Under the pieces are notes generated by a model that was not told the origin of the DNA, did not search any database, and worked only from the letters and a program-made list of their open reading frames with translations. A stretch of 64,000 nucleotides of DNA from a virus: positions 11,506 to 75,505 of the IMG/VR virus record IMGVR_UViG_3300036791_001355; one strand, 5' to 3'. Below, piece after piece: positions 63,037 through 64,000 of the stretch (its first letter is position 1; the number at the start of each line of letters is the position of its first letter). A program made the position numbers and the translations under genes.

Positions 63037-63552
63037 TCATGCGCCCCGTCCCTGGCGCCGTCCGCCGCTCTTGCGCAGCGCCTCATCCTTGACCACGCGA
63101 ATACCCCGGCCAAGCTTGGGCGTGTCGCTATCTTCCAGCAGCTGCGTCTCCACCGCCCGCATCGGCTCGCCGATCTGATCCTCCAGGGTACGGGCGACGG
63201 TGATGGCCGCCGCCTCGCGCTGCTGCTCGCCGCGTTCCAGCAGCACGCCCTGGTTATGCTCGACGGCAAACTCCAGCCGGTTGAGGTCCACCGGCTTGTC
63301 GAACGAGTAGCACAGCCCGACGAAAGTTCTGGCGTTGGTCACCTCCGTCACCGGCACCAGCCCATATTGCCGGTGCTGCTCGACAATCGCCTCCAGCACC
63401 ACGGGAGCGGCATCGGCCACGAGCATCTGCTGCGTACCCGCCTCGATGCGAACGGAGCGGACGCGGGACCGCTCCGCCGGACCTTCGGCCGGCATGCGAT
63501 AGAGAAACTCGTGCGGCTGCTTGGAGCAGTTGGCGATGTAGAGGGATGCCAC
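63037..63552 (-). CDS. conserved protein downstream of the capsid gene
   Basis: LYIANCSKQ...F.YR, I.EQH..YG, GLCYS.DKP; GGGAGGG RBS. Confidence 0.7.
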   Translation of the reverse strand: MASLYIANCSKQPHEFLYRMPAEGPAERSRVRSVRIEAGTQQMLVADAAPVVLEAIVEQHRQYGLVPVTEVTNARTFVGLCYSFDKPVDLNRLEFAVEHNQGVLLERGEQQREAAAITVARTLEDQIGEPMRAVETQLLEDSDTPKLGRGIRVVKDEALRKSGGRRQGRGA

Positions 63553-63562
63553 GCTGCCCTCC

Positions 63563-64000
63563 CTAATACCCCATGTTGATGATGGTCACCGCCTCCGGAC
63601 GCACCGGCCAGCCCGGCGTGGTACGCCACTCGGACAGCACGTCGATGGCACCGCCGGCCAGTGGCGTCGGGATCTCCACCGGAGCGCTCATGTCGATATA
63701 TTGCAGCAGGGTCGCCTCCAGGCCGGGGGCGATCTGGGCGAACTCATTGGTATTGAAGCGCCGCCCCACCGGCTTCTTAACCTCGGGCATGGCTAAGACA
63801 ATGACGTCGGTGCCGCCCGCGCCCTTGCCCACCAGGGTGTCGTCATAGGCCCAGACGATGTCGTCGCCGAGGTCGCCCTCGACGTTCTGCACCACGCCCG
63901 CCGCGGTGGCCGAGCCTGCGCCGGGACGCTGATAAGACGTCAACTGGACGATGTTCTGCGTCGCCATGCCGCCGAGAATCCGCTGTGGACCAAGGAAGAC
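63563..64000 (-). CDS. major capsid protein, 3' part (runs off the window)
   Basis: TSYQRPGAGS, DDTL.GKGAGGTD, P.EIPTPL.GG.IDV..E.R.T.GW.VRPEA; upstream of the neck genes. Confidence 0.75.
   Translation of the reverse strand, partial: VFLGPQRILGGMATQNIVQLTSYQRPGAGSATAAGVVQNVEGDLGDDIVWAYDDTLVGKGAGGTDVIVLAMPEVKKPVGRRFNTNEFAQIAPGLEATLLQYIDMSAPVEIPTPLAGGAIDVLSEWRTTPGWPVRPEAVTIINMGY

Noticed and set aside
1-64000. tRNA or rRNA genes
   Set aside because: None recognised by eye; intergenic space is minimal. A tRNAscan/Infernal run would be needed to exclude them.

Overview
A high-GC, gene-dense tailed phage (or prophage) segment with a contractile-tail (myovirus-type) morphogenesis module like that of Bcep781-type phages. 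An alphaproteobacterial host is inferred from promoter style, a GapR-like gene and PEP-CTERM cargo. Layout: (i) 0.06-11.5 kb, packaging region on the minus strand (DUF1073 portal, TerL, TerS, N4/N6 DNA methyltransferase) interrupted by accessory genes; (ii) 11.5-20 kb, early region of many small genes behind five near-identical promoter/leader cassettes; (iii) 20-28.8 kb, replication and recombination (primase-helicase, initiator with four palindromic iterons, RuvC-like, Gp157, Erf, MarR, GIY-YIG); (iv) 28.8-30.2 kb, two PEP-CTERM genes behind a sigma54/IHF/enhancer-like promoter; (v) 30.2-64 kb, minus-strand virion operon (large receptor-binding array, FkbM and GT9 genes, baseplate, tape measure with SLT, tube, sheath, amidase, neck, 3' end of major capsid). 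Most unusual observations: an HNH endonuclease gene nested in a second frame of a methyltransferase ORF that stays open; a 24-nt micro-element dispersed at gene junctions and amplified into two 5-copy arrays, plus two further junction-repeat families; repeated early promoters with a covarying bulged-A leader hairpin; and a PEP-CTERM operon apparently wired to the host RpoN/PrsR circuit. No integrase, CI-type repressor, reverse transcriptase, tRNA or CRISPR array was recognised. All family assignments are by eye from motifs; no database search was run.
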